From contig CAWIKF010000002.1 in the NCBI GenBank assembly GCA_963836755.1, positions 1,248,001 through 1,312,000 of the forward strand: 64,000 nt of DNA. Direction: 5' to 3'. The translations under genes and the position numbers were made by a program. Below the pieces are notes generated by a model. The model saw nothing but the letters and a program-made list of their open reading frames with translations. It did not search any database and was not told the DNA's origin. This document shows positions 1 through 9,678 of the stretch, in pieces. How positions within the stretch are numbered: the stretch's first letter is position 1; the number at the start of each line of letters is the position of its first letter. The stretch is from an uncultured Verrucomicrobiae bacterium. Lineage in GTDB: Bacteria > Verrucomicrobiota > Verrucomicrobiia > Chthoniobacterales > Chthoniobacteraceae.

Positions 1-68
1 TGAGATCGCGCGCGCTTTCGCGGTCTTTGGGCGTCCATCGCTCTCGTTTTGGATAAACACGATGTTCC

Positions 69-791
69 TCAGCGACCGTGCCGCTCAATTAAACGTTTAG
101 CGAGTTCAGCTACTTTCGCTGATCGCTTATCGATCACTTCTGCCAACGCGTGTTCCATGATTTCGAAGGCGTCCAAAAGATCATCTAGCTTAACTGTCCC
201 CTCATGGCCACCTGTGTTGCCGAGCCATTTGAGAGCCATAAGTTGATTACCTGTGACAACATCGTTTTTGGCAAATTCTTCAATCCGTTTATGAAGTGTC
301 ATTTCTTTGCCGTCTTCGCCGATTTTTTTAACCCCCAAATGATCCATCAGCCGCTCAAGTGCGACGCGAACGCGAGTAGCAGCGGCAGCCGCGTCGAGCC
401 AAAATAGCTGAAATCCCTCGCGTAATTTGTCGCTTACTTCTTCCGGACATTTTGGTGGAATTCGGAAGATGTCCGGCATAGGCCAAAGTATCCGCGCAGC
501 AAAATAATCACCCCAAGACATTCCGTCCTCGCCATATCCCGGTTCCACACCACCAGTTCCTGAAACGGCAACTTCCTTCTTACAGTGATTGCATTCGAGC
601 CATGCCGTAAATGAATAAGTGATCCATTCCGGATCCCAATCGTCGTCGGATCGACAGCGCTTTGACTCTAAGGTTTCTTTTTCAACAAGTGATTTCGGGA
701 CTATCTGAAGACTTCCTTTACGGCATGAAGGGCAAGGCCATGCCGGACAAGAGTGTGCGGTTAAAGTTTCTTTCCAAAGATTTCGATTCAT
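69..791 (-). CDS. DUF4145 (HEPN-like) domain protein
   Basis: 240-aa ORF; N-terminal CxxC; C-terminal RVALERLMD...LHKRIEEF...LKWLGNTGGH pattern typical of DUF4145. Confidence 0.7.
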   Translation of the reverse strand: MNRNLWKETLTAHSCPAWPCPSCRKGSLQIVPKSLVEKETLESKRCRSDDDWDPEWITYSFTAWLECNHCKKEVAVSGTGGVEPGYGEDGMSWGDYFAARILWPMPDIFRIPPKCPEEVSDKLREGFQLFWLDAAAAATRVRVALERLMDHLGVKKIGEDGKEMTLHKRIEEFAKNDVVTGNQLMALKWLGNTGGHEGTVKLDDLLDAFEIMEHALAEVIDKRSAKVAELAKRLIERHGR

Positions 792-1198
792 AAGAAGGAC
801 GAGGCGGTCGGGTCGCAGTGGAGATAGAGCGAGCCAGTCGGCTTGAGCACGCGATGCAGTTCCAACAGCCGGTTCGCCATCATCACCAGGTAAGCCGTCA
901 TGTCATTGCGCCCGAGGAACTCCACGAGCGACTTCATCATCTTCCCCACGTCCGTATTCGCCTGCGTCAGCACCTCGTCGTATTCGCGCTCCGTCACATC
1001 CTGCGTCCAATGCCATGTATCCTCAAACGCCTCGATCTGCGCCTGGCTCTCCACACCCTTCGGCGACTTGAAAAGCAGGTTGTAGTCGCGCTTCGAGTTA
1101 AACGGCGGATCGAGATAGATCAAGTCCACGCACTCATCCGGGAAGTTCTTCCGGTCGCGTAACACCGCCAGATTATCGCCGTAGTAGAGTTGATTCAT
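788..1198 (-). pseudogene. N-terminal fragment of an N4/N6 DNA methyltransferase
   Basis: NQLYYGDNL, VDLIYLDPPFNS and HRVLKPTGSLYLHCDPTAS motifs; stops after ~136 aa with no SAM-binding motif, overlapping the start of the DUF4145 gene. Confidence 0.8.
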
Positions 1199-1637
1199 GA
1201 TTTCGGTTCTTGAGGAGATAGCTTCATGGGGATGAAATCTCCAACCGGTCATCTGGTCTCGAGCAATGTCACAAAAGCATTGTTGCATCCCAACACAACG
1301 CCGGTTTGAGGGTGCCGCACGAAGGTAATATAGTTGTCGTCATCCACAGGGGTAATTTCTCCGGTAAAGTTTTCCTCGATTTCTCCGTGCGCTCGCACCT
1401 GTGCGCGAGCCGTCGGAGCGCCAGTGAGGTCTTCAACACTAATCATTCTTCAATTAAGTTGCACTTGGCGATGAGCAAAGCATTTATGCGGCATCCAACG
1501 GCTTGGACGACTGACTTGCTGACCAAAGTGCTCATCCGGTGCGATGTTATCCTTTGAGCGACGGTCCTCAATGAAATCGTGCAATTCTCTCTTGTCAGGT
1601 TGAGCAGCGTTTGACGGGAGGGGGTGTGGATTGTTTG

Positions 1638-1955
1638 GAAACGGCTTTTGGCAGGTTGGGGATGATGACATTCTTATTGGGGAACGGCTTCGCCATATCG
1701 GGATGGTGGCAGTCTTGTTCGCGAAAGGCTTTGGCTATATCGGGATGGTGGCAGTCTTGTTCGCGAAACGCTTTTGCTATATCGGGATGATGGCAGTCTT
1801 GTTCGCGGAGCGCTTTCGCCATATCGGGATGGTGGCAGTCTTGTTCGCGAAACGCTTTTGCTATATCGCGATGGCGGCAGTCTTATTCGCGAAACGCTTT
1901 CGCTATATCGCGATGGCGGCAGTCTTGTTCGCGAAACGCTTTCGCTATATCGCGA
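1638..1955. repeat. 42-bp tandem repeat, ~6.5 conserved copies plus one degenerate copy
   Basis: ATATCGGGATGGTGGCAGTCTTGTTCGCGAAA recurs with 42-bp period (e.g. 1695, 1737); TTCGCGAA palindrome in most units; no unique spacers. Confidence 0.9.
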
Positions 1956-2096
1956 AGAGGGTCCGCGGTGGCGGAAAACTCGATATCTTACCTTCTCGGC
2001 TCCTTTTTTCATTCGCTGGCCTTTGCTGGCATACCTTTAGCTATGTTTCCCCGCGCTGCCCAGTAAGGGCGGTTTTAAGAAAGGAGATTTAAAGAT

Positions 2097-2717
2097 ATGA
2101 TTAACAAAGTAGCAATTACATGGATCAATAAGTATGCGCAGGGACCTTTCGGCGACACTGTGACTATTATCCTAGAGAAGACGACGGGTAACCCGTCCTT
2201 TGCGAGCCTGGCCCCATTGGTGGCCACGACGCAGACGGCGTTTGATACCTATCAAACGGCCGCGGCGAAAGCCGCATCGGGAGATCGCGAAGCAATCGTG
2301 ATCCGCAACGAAAAGCGCGACGCCCTTGGTATGCTGCTCGTGCAGCTCGCCAATGGGATCAGCACGGCCGCCAATGGCAACATGGCGGTCCTGATCAGCA
2401 GCGGGTTCCCAGTGCAAAAGCAGCAGCGCACGCCGGTGGGGCCTTTGCCCACGCCGGACGCGCCGCTGGTAACACAGGGTCCGGTGAGCGGCACGCTCAT
2501 CGCCAGCGCGAAAGCAGTGAAAGGCGCATCCATCTATAACTGGAGTGTGGCGCTGGAAACCGCGCCCAATGAGGATGTGCAGGACGCACAAACGACCGCC
2601 GCGAGTGCGGAGTTCGACGGGTTAACGCCCGGCAAAGTCTACGTCATTTCGCTCAACGCAGTCGGCGCAGCCGGCGCGAGTAACTGGAGTGACTACGGCA
2701 GCCTAATGGCGATTTAA
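2097..2717 (+). CDS. Fibronectin type III domain protein
   Basis: 206-aa ORF, GGAG RBS; C-terminal GLTPGKVYVISLNAVGAAGASNWSD FN3 signature. Confidence 0.7.
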   Translation: MINKVAITWINKYAQGPFGDTVTIILEKTTGNPSFASLAPLVATTQTAFDTYQTAAAKAASGDREAIVIRNEKRDALGMLLVQLANGISTAANGNMAVLISSGFPVQKQQRTPVGPLPTPDAPLVTQGPVSGTLIASAKAVKGASIYNWSVALETAPNEDVQDAQTTAASAEFDGLTPGKVYVISLNAVGAAGASNWSDYGSLMAI

Positions 2718-2750
2718 GGAAAGCCTTTTCGTCTGATATATCGATCGAAG

Positions 2751-2782
2751 GCGGCGCGTTCAGCAATGGGCGCGCCGCTTTT
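2751..2782 (+). terminator. Rho-independent terminator
   Basis: GCGGCGCGTTCA-GCAA-TGGGCGCGCCGC hairpin followed by T-run. Confidence 0.7.
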
Positions 2783-2883
2783 GTTTTGACCCCTCCTTTA
2801 TCTGAGAAACTTCCGCCGCAGTGGATGAGTGTGTCACCCCCGACAGAGGAGACTGCCGCTTTATCCGCTCGTCTCTCTCCAAT

Positions 2884-3417
2884 TTATCCGTGAAAAATCC
2901 GATTGTCTCTTATGAAAGAGGCAGTTCGACTAACGTGGAATCTAAAATCCTTGCGAAATGAGTGGTAGTTGTTCAAAGCATTATGAATCACTTGAGTTTG
3001 TGTCTTAAGATGAATCTCATTCTCACGGCTGTGTATTCCAGAGAAAGCTAGATTTAATACCTTTCTGCTTGCCTGCCTTAAATTCTCAAAGGAGTCCATT
3101 AAGTCATTTGAAAAGTAGATGTCTATTACCATATTCATCTTATCTTCTATCGTATAGTAGTCGTCACTAGCTTTCATATGAGCGGGCTTCATTGCCTGCA
3201 TATTTTCAAATGTAAGAATGCCTTCAACTATTTGTTCCTGAAAATGAAAATAATTCGCAACCCAGCGTAATAACTCGGATTCAAGTAACATCAGTTCTTC
3301 CAGCTTGCGTAACCGATATTCTCTATCCGTCCGATGACTTGCCAGCACATGCGCCACAATAGCTGATGCGACGCTACCGAAGAATATTGCTAATAATGAC
3401 GATAACAGTGGTTGCAT
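2884..3417 (-). CDS. Hypothetical protein with N-terminal membrane anchor
   Basis: 177-aa AT-rich ORF with hydrophobic N-terminus. Confidence 0.55.
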   Translation of the reverse strand: MQPLLSSLLAIFFGSVASAIVAHVLASHRTDREYRLRKLEELMLLESELLRWVANYFHFQEQIVEGILTFENMQAMKPAHMKASDDYYTIEDKMNMVIDIYFSNDLMDSFENLRQASRKVLNLAFSGIHSRENEIHLKTQTQVIHNALNNYHSFRKDFRFHVSRTASFIRDNRIFHG

Positions 3418-3661
3418 GCGTTGTAGCTTCTTGCATACCTTTGTCGGTTTGCGATGTCCAATTCCTTTTGCGATGGTCTATAGCCTTGAATCCCTAGCTA
3501 TTTCGGACATCTGTTGGGTGCCTTCGAGCTTTGGCTAAAAGCTAGAGTAACAAGTATTGCTTGACGATGATGTGTCAGGCATTAATGAATAATCGCTATG
3601 AACTGTTGCGCCGTATCCTAAAAGGCGAAATTTACGAGATCTAGTGCGCCTCCCACAACAA

Positions 3662-4339
3662 ATGAAAACCTTTCCTCCTTTTACAACCTGCCTATGTGTA
3701 GCGCTGCTTTCGGCCTCGCCGGTTTATGCGGCGAAGCATCATAAGAGTCACAGCGCGCCACAACCTAGCGCGCTGCCATTACCATCGGCGTCGACCGCAG
3801 CACAGCCGCCTTCGGTTCAATTGTCGGTATTATTCCAGAACTCGCTGGATAAGGTGGTCGCTCCGCTCGACCAGAAGGTGGTGATGCCAAGGACTGAGGT
3901 AGCGTTGCTGCGGACGAATTTTGCGCAAAAGCTCGCGCTTGCGGAGCAAGGGCAAAAGGCACCGTATCAGGCTGGGATCGCGGTGTGCGATGCTTTCACG
4001 CAAGCGATGGATGAGCGGGAGAAAGCGCAACAGAACTATCAACAGGCTCAAGCCGTTCATGGTCCGGGCGATGTGGCCGATGTGCGGAAGAGCGCGCCGA
4101 AGCGCGGCCGCGGGAGTGGCAGCGCGGCGATTGCGGAGGCGCGCAAGGAGGGCCAGGAGGAAAATCGCGATACACAGGGAGCGAACCAGAAGGATGCATT
4201 TCTGAATGCGGGGCTGCTCAAATCGTAGTCGGATCGTGCGGCACAGTTGCGTCAAAACATTCAGCAGCTTTACACGCACGTGTTGGAGGCTGAGCAACAG
4301 GCTGCGCCTGCCGCATCTCCGGAAATCCCGGCGACCTAG
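3662..4339 (+). pseudogene. Secreted hypothetical protein with an internal stop
   Basis: Signal peptide; TAG at 4226-4228, but the frame continues (SDRAAQLRQNIQQLYT...) to TAG at 4339. Confidence 0.5.
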
Positions 4340-4397
4340 CTCATCGCGCGGCTGACTTTATATAAGGTAGAGGAAATGGCTTTGCCGGGAGCCATCA

Positions 4398-7010
4398 ATG
4401 AAACCTTTGAAATTCAAGCTTCTCTTCCTATCGTCGTTGTTCGCCGTTACTGTTCTCGGGGAGGTGCCGGACACGCGCGGGCCCGTGCAGAACGCCGGCA
4501 TGCATGTCGTGGCAGACGCGGAGGGCGTGCAGGCTCCCGGATATACATGGAAGGAGCCAGAGGCGTTGCCTTCATGGACGGCAAAGTGGATTGGGCGATC
4601 TGCGGCTACGAAATCAGTCGCCACTTGCCTCCGAAAGGTCGTGCAGCTCAAGGCCGCCCCCAGCAAGGTCACGGCCTGGATCACCGGAGACGATTATCTT
4701 CTCTGGGTAAATGGCCACGCAGCCGCGCGCGGTCCGGCGGACCCGGGGCGCGATTTCTTTAAAGGCGTTCCGAGTCGTCCTGCGAAAGCCGGGGAAGATT
4801 TCAAAGACGATGTCTACGTTCAGCGGTTGAGCAATCACCGGTTCTACGACGTGCGGGACCTCACCCCCCTTTTTCAAGTCGGTTCGAATTCGCTGGCGGT
4901 AGAGGTAGCCGGCGATGGCGGCTTCCAGCTCCAGGCTCGGGTCGAATACCCGGATGGTTCTACCGAGGTGATCGGAACTGACGAGACGTGGCGTGGCATT
5001 CCGTGCCCTTACCTACTGCCGGGTGCATTGTTTGCGCGCCAGCAGCAAAGCCATGACGCCAAACCTTTGGATAGGCCGATTGTTTTCTTCGATGCCGCGG
5101 CGGAACCTGTTGGCTGGCAGTCGGCCGACTTTGATGATCGGAAATGGCCCAGCTGCCGAGCGGGCGATCCACCCGCCGAGACGCTAATGATGAGCGAACT
5201 TCCGCCGGTTATGGAGACGTTCTATCCCGAGTTTGAGGTGAAACCGGTATCGGGCGACGTAACTATCCCGAGCGAGCCTCTGACGCCGGGACGTCCAATC
5301 GTAGTAAAGGGCGACGGCGAGTTCGCCGTCCATTTTAGTAGAGTGATGTCTGGACGATGCGGTATCGCCGTAGACGGATGCGCCGGTGCGGAGGTTGAGC
5401 TCATCTCCAACGAGACACAGGGGACAACCGCGCGGGCATATGGGCTGAAGCTGCGTGATGGATTTCAGTATTTCGAGAGCCGCGACTACTACGCGCTTGG
5501 CACCGTGCGCGTCGTGGTGCGTCATGCAAGTAAGCCCATCCAGATCCGCGAGGTCACCGCCGATTTTCTTTCCCAGCCGGTGGAGTATCGAGGGTCGTTC
5601 ACGTGCAGCGACCCAATTCTCAATACGCTTTGGAAAAGCGGTCGCTGGTCCACACAAATCTGCATGGTCACGCATCATCTCGATTCTCCGCAGCACCAGG
5701 AGCCGATCAGCGACTATGGCGACTACGTCGTTGAGGATCTGGTCAATTTCAACAGCATGGGCAGCAATACGTGGCTCGCTCGGCAAGATCTGCGGAAATG
5801 GGCGTGGGTGATGGAGAACGCGCACTATCACACCTTCCACACCAGCTACATGCTCTACTGGCTCCAGGCCCTGCTCAACTACTACGACTACACGGGGGAC
5901 CGCACCGTGATTGATGAAGTGGCACCGCAGGTTCATGCCATGCTCGATCAATTCACCACCTATGTCGGCAAGAACGGGATCATCTCGGAGTCACCCAATT
6001 ACATGTTCATGGATTGGGTGACCGTCTACGATGACAAAAATTCGAAGATTGCCTTCCTATGCCATCATCCGCCTGCCGTCATCGGGCAGGGCTACATGAC
6101 GGCGCTCTTTTATCGCGCCTTGGCCGATGGTATGCGGGTCGCTGAGCTGACCGGAAACCAATCGCGAGTCAAAAAGTATTCCAAACTGCACGATCAGGTT
6201 GCGGCGGCGTATCAGGCAGAGCTTTGGAATGAAACGCGCGGACAATATCGCGATGGAAAACCATTCGTCACCTCCGTCAAGCCGAACAAGTGGTTGCCGG
6301 CCGACGTGCAGATGGAGAGTTTTAGCGTGCAGAACAATGCCTTTGCCGTCCTCTACGACCTCGCCCCCGCCGTGCGGCAGCAGGCGATTCTGAGCGGCAT
6401 GCTGCACAATCCGCATTGGGATGTTACCCCATGGTTCATGCATTTCGTCTTCGATTCCCTGGCTCACGGCGGCCTCTTTGACTCAGAGGGCGGGTCGAAG
6501 ATGCACGACTATGTCGTTGTCCCCGAGACTCAGACGGTGCGGGAAGCGGGCCCGAATAAAGGCGACTATAGCCACGGCTGGATCGCATCGCCCACCTATC
6601 AGATGTCCAGCAAGATCCTGGGCATTACGCCGGCTTCCCCGGGCTTCGATACCATCAACATCCATCCGACGTTATGCGGCCTAGCCTTTGCCCGCGGGGC
6701 CGTGCCGAGCCGCCATGGCCTTATCGGCGTAGACTGGACGAGGCAGCGTGATGAATTGTCCATCAGGTTCGATGTCCCGCCGGGAACTCACGCCAACGTC
6801 AACCTTCCAACGGGCCACGCCCTAAATCCGCGGCTGCTTCTCGATGGCAAGCCGCTTGCGCAGCCTGGCTCACCAGCCGCTGGGGCGGGCGTTCACTCGC
6901 TGCAACGCAACGCCGCCTCGATCGTATTTCGGCTGGATCCGGGCCGCTATCATTTCACCGTGCTGGGCCTTTGCATTTCGTTTGGGCGGACGCCCGCTTG
7001 CAGCAATTGA
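4398..7010 (+). CDS. Alpha-L-rhamnosidase-like glycoside hydrolase (GH78)
   Basis: 870 aa, signal peptide; GSFTCSDPILNTLW, HLDSPQHQE, DYSHGW and GAVPSRHGLIGVDW motifs. Confidence 0.8.
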   Translation: MKPLKFKLLFLSSLFAVTVLGEVPDTRGPVQNAGMHVVADAEGVQAPGYTWKEPEALPSWTAKWIGRSAATKSVATCLRKVVQLKAAPSKVTAWITGDDYLLWVNGHAAARGPADPGRDFFKGVPSRPAKAGEDFKDDVYVQRLSNHRFYDVRDLTPLFQVGSNSLAVEVAGDGGFQLQARVEYPDGSTEVIGTDETWRGIPCPYLLPGALFARQQQSHDAKPLDRPIVFFDAAAEPVGWQSADFDDRKWPSCRAGDPPAETLMMSELPPVMETFYPEFEVKPVSGDVTIPSEPLTPGRPIVVKGDGEFAVHFSRVMSGRCGIAVDGCAGAEVELISNETQGTTARAYGLKLRDGFQYFESRDYYALGTVRVVVRHASKPIQIREVTADFLSQPVEYRGSFTCSDPILNTLWKSGRWSTQICMVTHHLDSPQHQEPISDYGDYVVEDLVNFNSMGSNTWLARQDLRKWAWVMENAHYHTFHTSYMLYWLQALLNYYDYTGDRTVIDEVAPQVHAMLDQFTTYVGKNGIISESPNYMFMDWVTVYDDKNSKIAFLCHHPPAVIGQGYMTALFYRALADGMRVAELTGNQSRVKKYSKLHDQVAAAYQAELWNETRGQYRDGKPFVTSVKPNKWLPADVQMESFSVQNNAFAVLYDLAPAVRQQAILSGMLHNPHWDVTPWFMHFVFDSLAHGGLFDSEGGSKMHDYVVVPETQTVREAGPNKGDYSHGWIASPTYQMSSKILGITPASPGFDTINIHPTLCGLAFARGAVPSRHGLIGVDWTRQRDELSIRFDVPPGTHANVNLPTGHALNPRLLLDGKPLAQPGSPAAGAGVHSLQRNAASIVFRLDPGRYHFTVLGLCISFGRTPACSN

Positions 7011-7249
7011 TGCGTGGGGAAAATAATCCGGCACACGCCGACTTTGCGGGCGGACCTCATCCCGTCAAAAGATCCACGCTTCAGGTGGCAAGCAAGGAGT
7101 ATGACCCCAAATGAATGGACGAAAATCAAGTCAGATATTGCCTCCATGCCTGCCGACTACGATCAACTGTTTGCTCCGCATGCCGCATCGTGGCAATCAA
7201 GCCGCCGAGGTTCGCCGCTACGAACTTCCCTGAGTCTTTTAAACGAAAC

Positions 7250-7720
7250 CTAGGCTTGCAACTTTCTCACCAAGTCCCTGACTTGATCGGCTCCAGCAAT
7301 CCTCCAGAAGATGACATCGGCATCATCGGTGGCCGCTGAGGAGAACTCTACGTTGCCGATCCCGAGCAGGCCCGAGAATCCCTGGCGCTTCACATTGATG
7401 CTGCGGATGTCTTGAACACGAATTTCGTTGGAGCTTTTTGAGACGATCCCAAATTCTACGATCACCCGATTGTTGGTGACCTGGTAACGGCGAGTGGCGC
7501 GGGCAACAGAAATCCAGAGAATGAGAACCAGAGCAATTGCCAGAGGCAGAAAATGAACCACCATATCCCATGGCTTCCAGTCCTTGAGATCGAGCCAGAA
7601 TGAAGCAACCGATGCTGCTATCAATAGGACCAGAAGGAACCATCTGCCTGCGTAAAACCAGTTTGACGGCAGGCCAGACCAGAGCAGCTCGTCAGTGCGG
7701 GGGGAGTCTTTGGTTTCCAT
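7250..7720 (-). CDS. Membrane protein with bacterial PH (bPH_2) domain
   Basis: Two TM segments, then RYQVTNNRVIVEFGIV...IRSINVK...GIGNVEFSSA. Confidence 0.75.
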   Translation of the reverse strand: METKDSPRTDELLWSGLPSNWFYAGRWFLLVLLIAASVASFWLDLKDWKPWDMVVHFLPLAIALVLILWISVARATRRYQVTNNRVIVEFGIVSKSSNEIRVQDIRSINVKRQGFSGLLGIGNVEFSSAATDDADVIFWRIAGADQVRDLVRKLQA

Positions 7721-7832
7721 GCGTATCTCTTACGTGAGTTGGAAATGACGCGGCGAGACATTTATCCTGATTCGCTTTAGCTGCGAGCAGGGGTTGGCGA
7801 AGATCTGGCACCGGAAACAGTTGTGGAATGGA

Positions 7833-8632
7833 TCAATGGCTGAGGTTCAGCTTTAGGATGCGCTCCACTTCGGCGATGGCTTGCGGGTTTTGATGCGCCC
7901 CGTGGCCCGAGGGGACGATGAGTTCGCTCTCGGCCGTTTCCATATGACTGCTCCAATACGGGACGACTCCATCAGTCATGACGGGTTTGGTTTTATCCTT
8001 GTGCCCGCCTTTGCCGCGGTCGCGGCAAATGACGTGGTGCGCAATGCCGGGCGTGACAGGGATTGTCTGGAGCGCGAGCACAAACGGATCATTCGGCGCG
8101 AGGGTGTCGATGCTGTTGGGCAGGCGTTTTAGTCGCATCTCGTGATGCGGAACTGATCGGCGGGAATGAATTCGTAGAGCACCGGGTCCTGCTGCCGATC
8201 GGCTCTTGGTTTGTGAGTGAGCACGAAATCACCGGCCGTCGAAGTTATGCGCAAAGGCCGCGACCACGGGTCAAATTTCGCCTGCTCAATCGTGCCGATG
8301 ACACGGGCAACGGCGAAGCTATAGGCATCGCGCGCAGAGACATTCGCGGGATTGTGAGCTAGCTGCTCCTGCGCGGTCTGGGCGACGGCGAGCAGTTTCC
8401 CGATTGCCGCCAGCGGCTCGCGCTTTTCTCGATGAATGGCATCGTCGATCTCCCATTCCGAACGCGCCAGCGCACCGATGGTCGAGCCGTGCGCGCGAAA
8501 ACGCGGATGCGCGGACGATACGCTCGCGTATGGCGCGCAATCGGTGACGACGAATACAGTCGCCAACGCAAGCACCGCGCAAAGGCGGCGACGCTTTTCG
8601 CGATGATGATCGCTCGAAGAAGCGGTGGCCAT
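7833..8632 (-). pseudogene. Alpha/beta-hydrolase remnant with internal deletion
   Basis: N-terminal piece (8129-8632) abuts, out of frame, a C-terminal piece with DGVVPYWSSH...SGHGAHQ; the catalytic middle is missing. Confidence 0.6.
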
Positions 8633-8672
8633 GGCTAGTGCAATTCCGTGGCGATCATGATTCGCGCAAATG

Positions 8673-9017
8673 TCAGCACGCCGATGAGGAGACGAGAACA
8701 GCCATCCAGGCGGCGACGTCGGGAGGTTCGCGGCGCAGCGTCGGAATGCCGGCGACGTTTCGAAAGCCCTCACTCTCCAGGTATCTCACCGCGATGTGAT
8801 ACTCCCACGTTGCGACCGCGGTGGTAAGGCTGCCGACACCGATCAAGACAAGCCCGAGAATGCGCGCGATCCGCGCACTTTCATGGTCGTGAGTTCCACG
8901 ACCGCCGAAGTGTTCTAAAAACTGCACAATGGCAAATCCGAAACCGATGAGTGAAGTCGCCGTTCGGACACTCGATCGAGTCGTTGCGCACGAATGTCGC
9001 GGAGTTAAAGCGCTCAT
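8673..9017 (-). pseudogene. DUF202/YidH-like membrane protein remnant
   Basis: RTATSLIGFGFAIVQF motif; no clean start. Confidence 0.5.
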
Positions 9018-9516
9018 TGGTGAACTCTTTCCATCGGCCGGTCACCCGTGGCTGGAAAAATTCCTGATCGTAATCAACGATCCCGCGAGTGGAGCGTTTC
9101 ATCATGCGATGGCGGACGAGCGGGTGCATGTCCTCTACTGCCACGACAAGGAGATCGGCATGTGTGGCTCATCCCAGAAATCGGAAAAGGCCCTTTGCAA
9201 TCGGAACAACTGACGATCATGCGAGAATTGGTCGATGCGAGCTTCAGCCGGACCAAGATGCAATCTGCGACAGACGGATGAAAAGCCGGCTAATTACCGC
9301 AATGGCAGCGGTGTGGGCCTAGCAGGTCGGCGGTTCAGCCGCGCAAGCTCCCAGGCAATGTTTGTATAGGTCATCGCCGTTCAGACTCATCTTTTTGCGA
9401 AAGCCCGGTCAGCGGTGCGGCTCGTTCCGATCACTTGGGGCAAGTCAAGACTGCTCCCGGAACATCGAGCGAACGCAATTGCAGCCGACCTCCAATGCAT
9501 GCTGCGATTCTCAGAA

Positions 9517-9588
9517 TGCGCGATGCAGGGTTCGAACCTGCGACTTCTTGCGTGTGAAGCAAGCGCTCTACCACTGAGCTAATCGCGC
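9517..9588 (-). tRNA. tRNA-Val (CAC)
   Basis: Reverse complement GCGCGATTAGCTCAGTGGTAGAGCGCTTGCTTCACACGCAAGAAGTCGCAGGTTCGAACCCTGCATCGCGCA folds as a cloverleaf; anticodon CAC; CCA not encoded. Confidence 0.95.
9551..9588 (+). repeat. Left att direct repeat (38 bp)
   Basis: CGTGTGAAGCAAGCGCTCTACCACTGAGCTAATCGCGC, identical to 52488-52525. Confidence 0.95.
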
Positions 9589-9595
9589 GAAATTA

Positions 9596-9624
9596 CTTAT
9601 AATAAGCGACTTGTCGGTTAACAA
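9596..9624 (-). promoter_or_regulatory. Putative element-supplied sigma70 promoter for the tRNA
   Basis: TTGTTA-N17-TATAAG ending 7 nt before the tRNA 5' end. Confidence 0.45.
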
Positions 9625-9643
9625 CTGTGATTAAAAAAGACTC

Positions 9644-9664
9644 TTGTAACCCATTTTTGTAACC
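9644..9664 (+). repeat. Putative integrase arm-type sites (left)
   Basis: TTGTAACCCATTTTTGTAACC; matches 52338-52358 with one mismatch. Confidence 0.7.
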
Positions 9665-9678
9665 TGTAGGTTGGGTGT

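Noticed and set aside
1638..1955. CRISPR array
   Set aside because: Contiguous 42-bp units with no unique spacers and no cas genes.
4226..4228. Stop-codon recoding (TAG readthrough)
   Set aside because: Single instance, and other genes end normally in TAG; a nonsense mutation or sequencing error is simpler.
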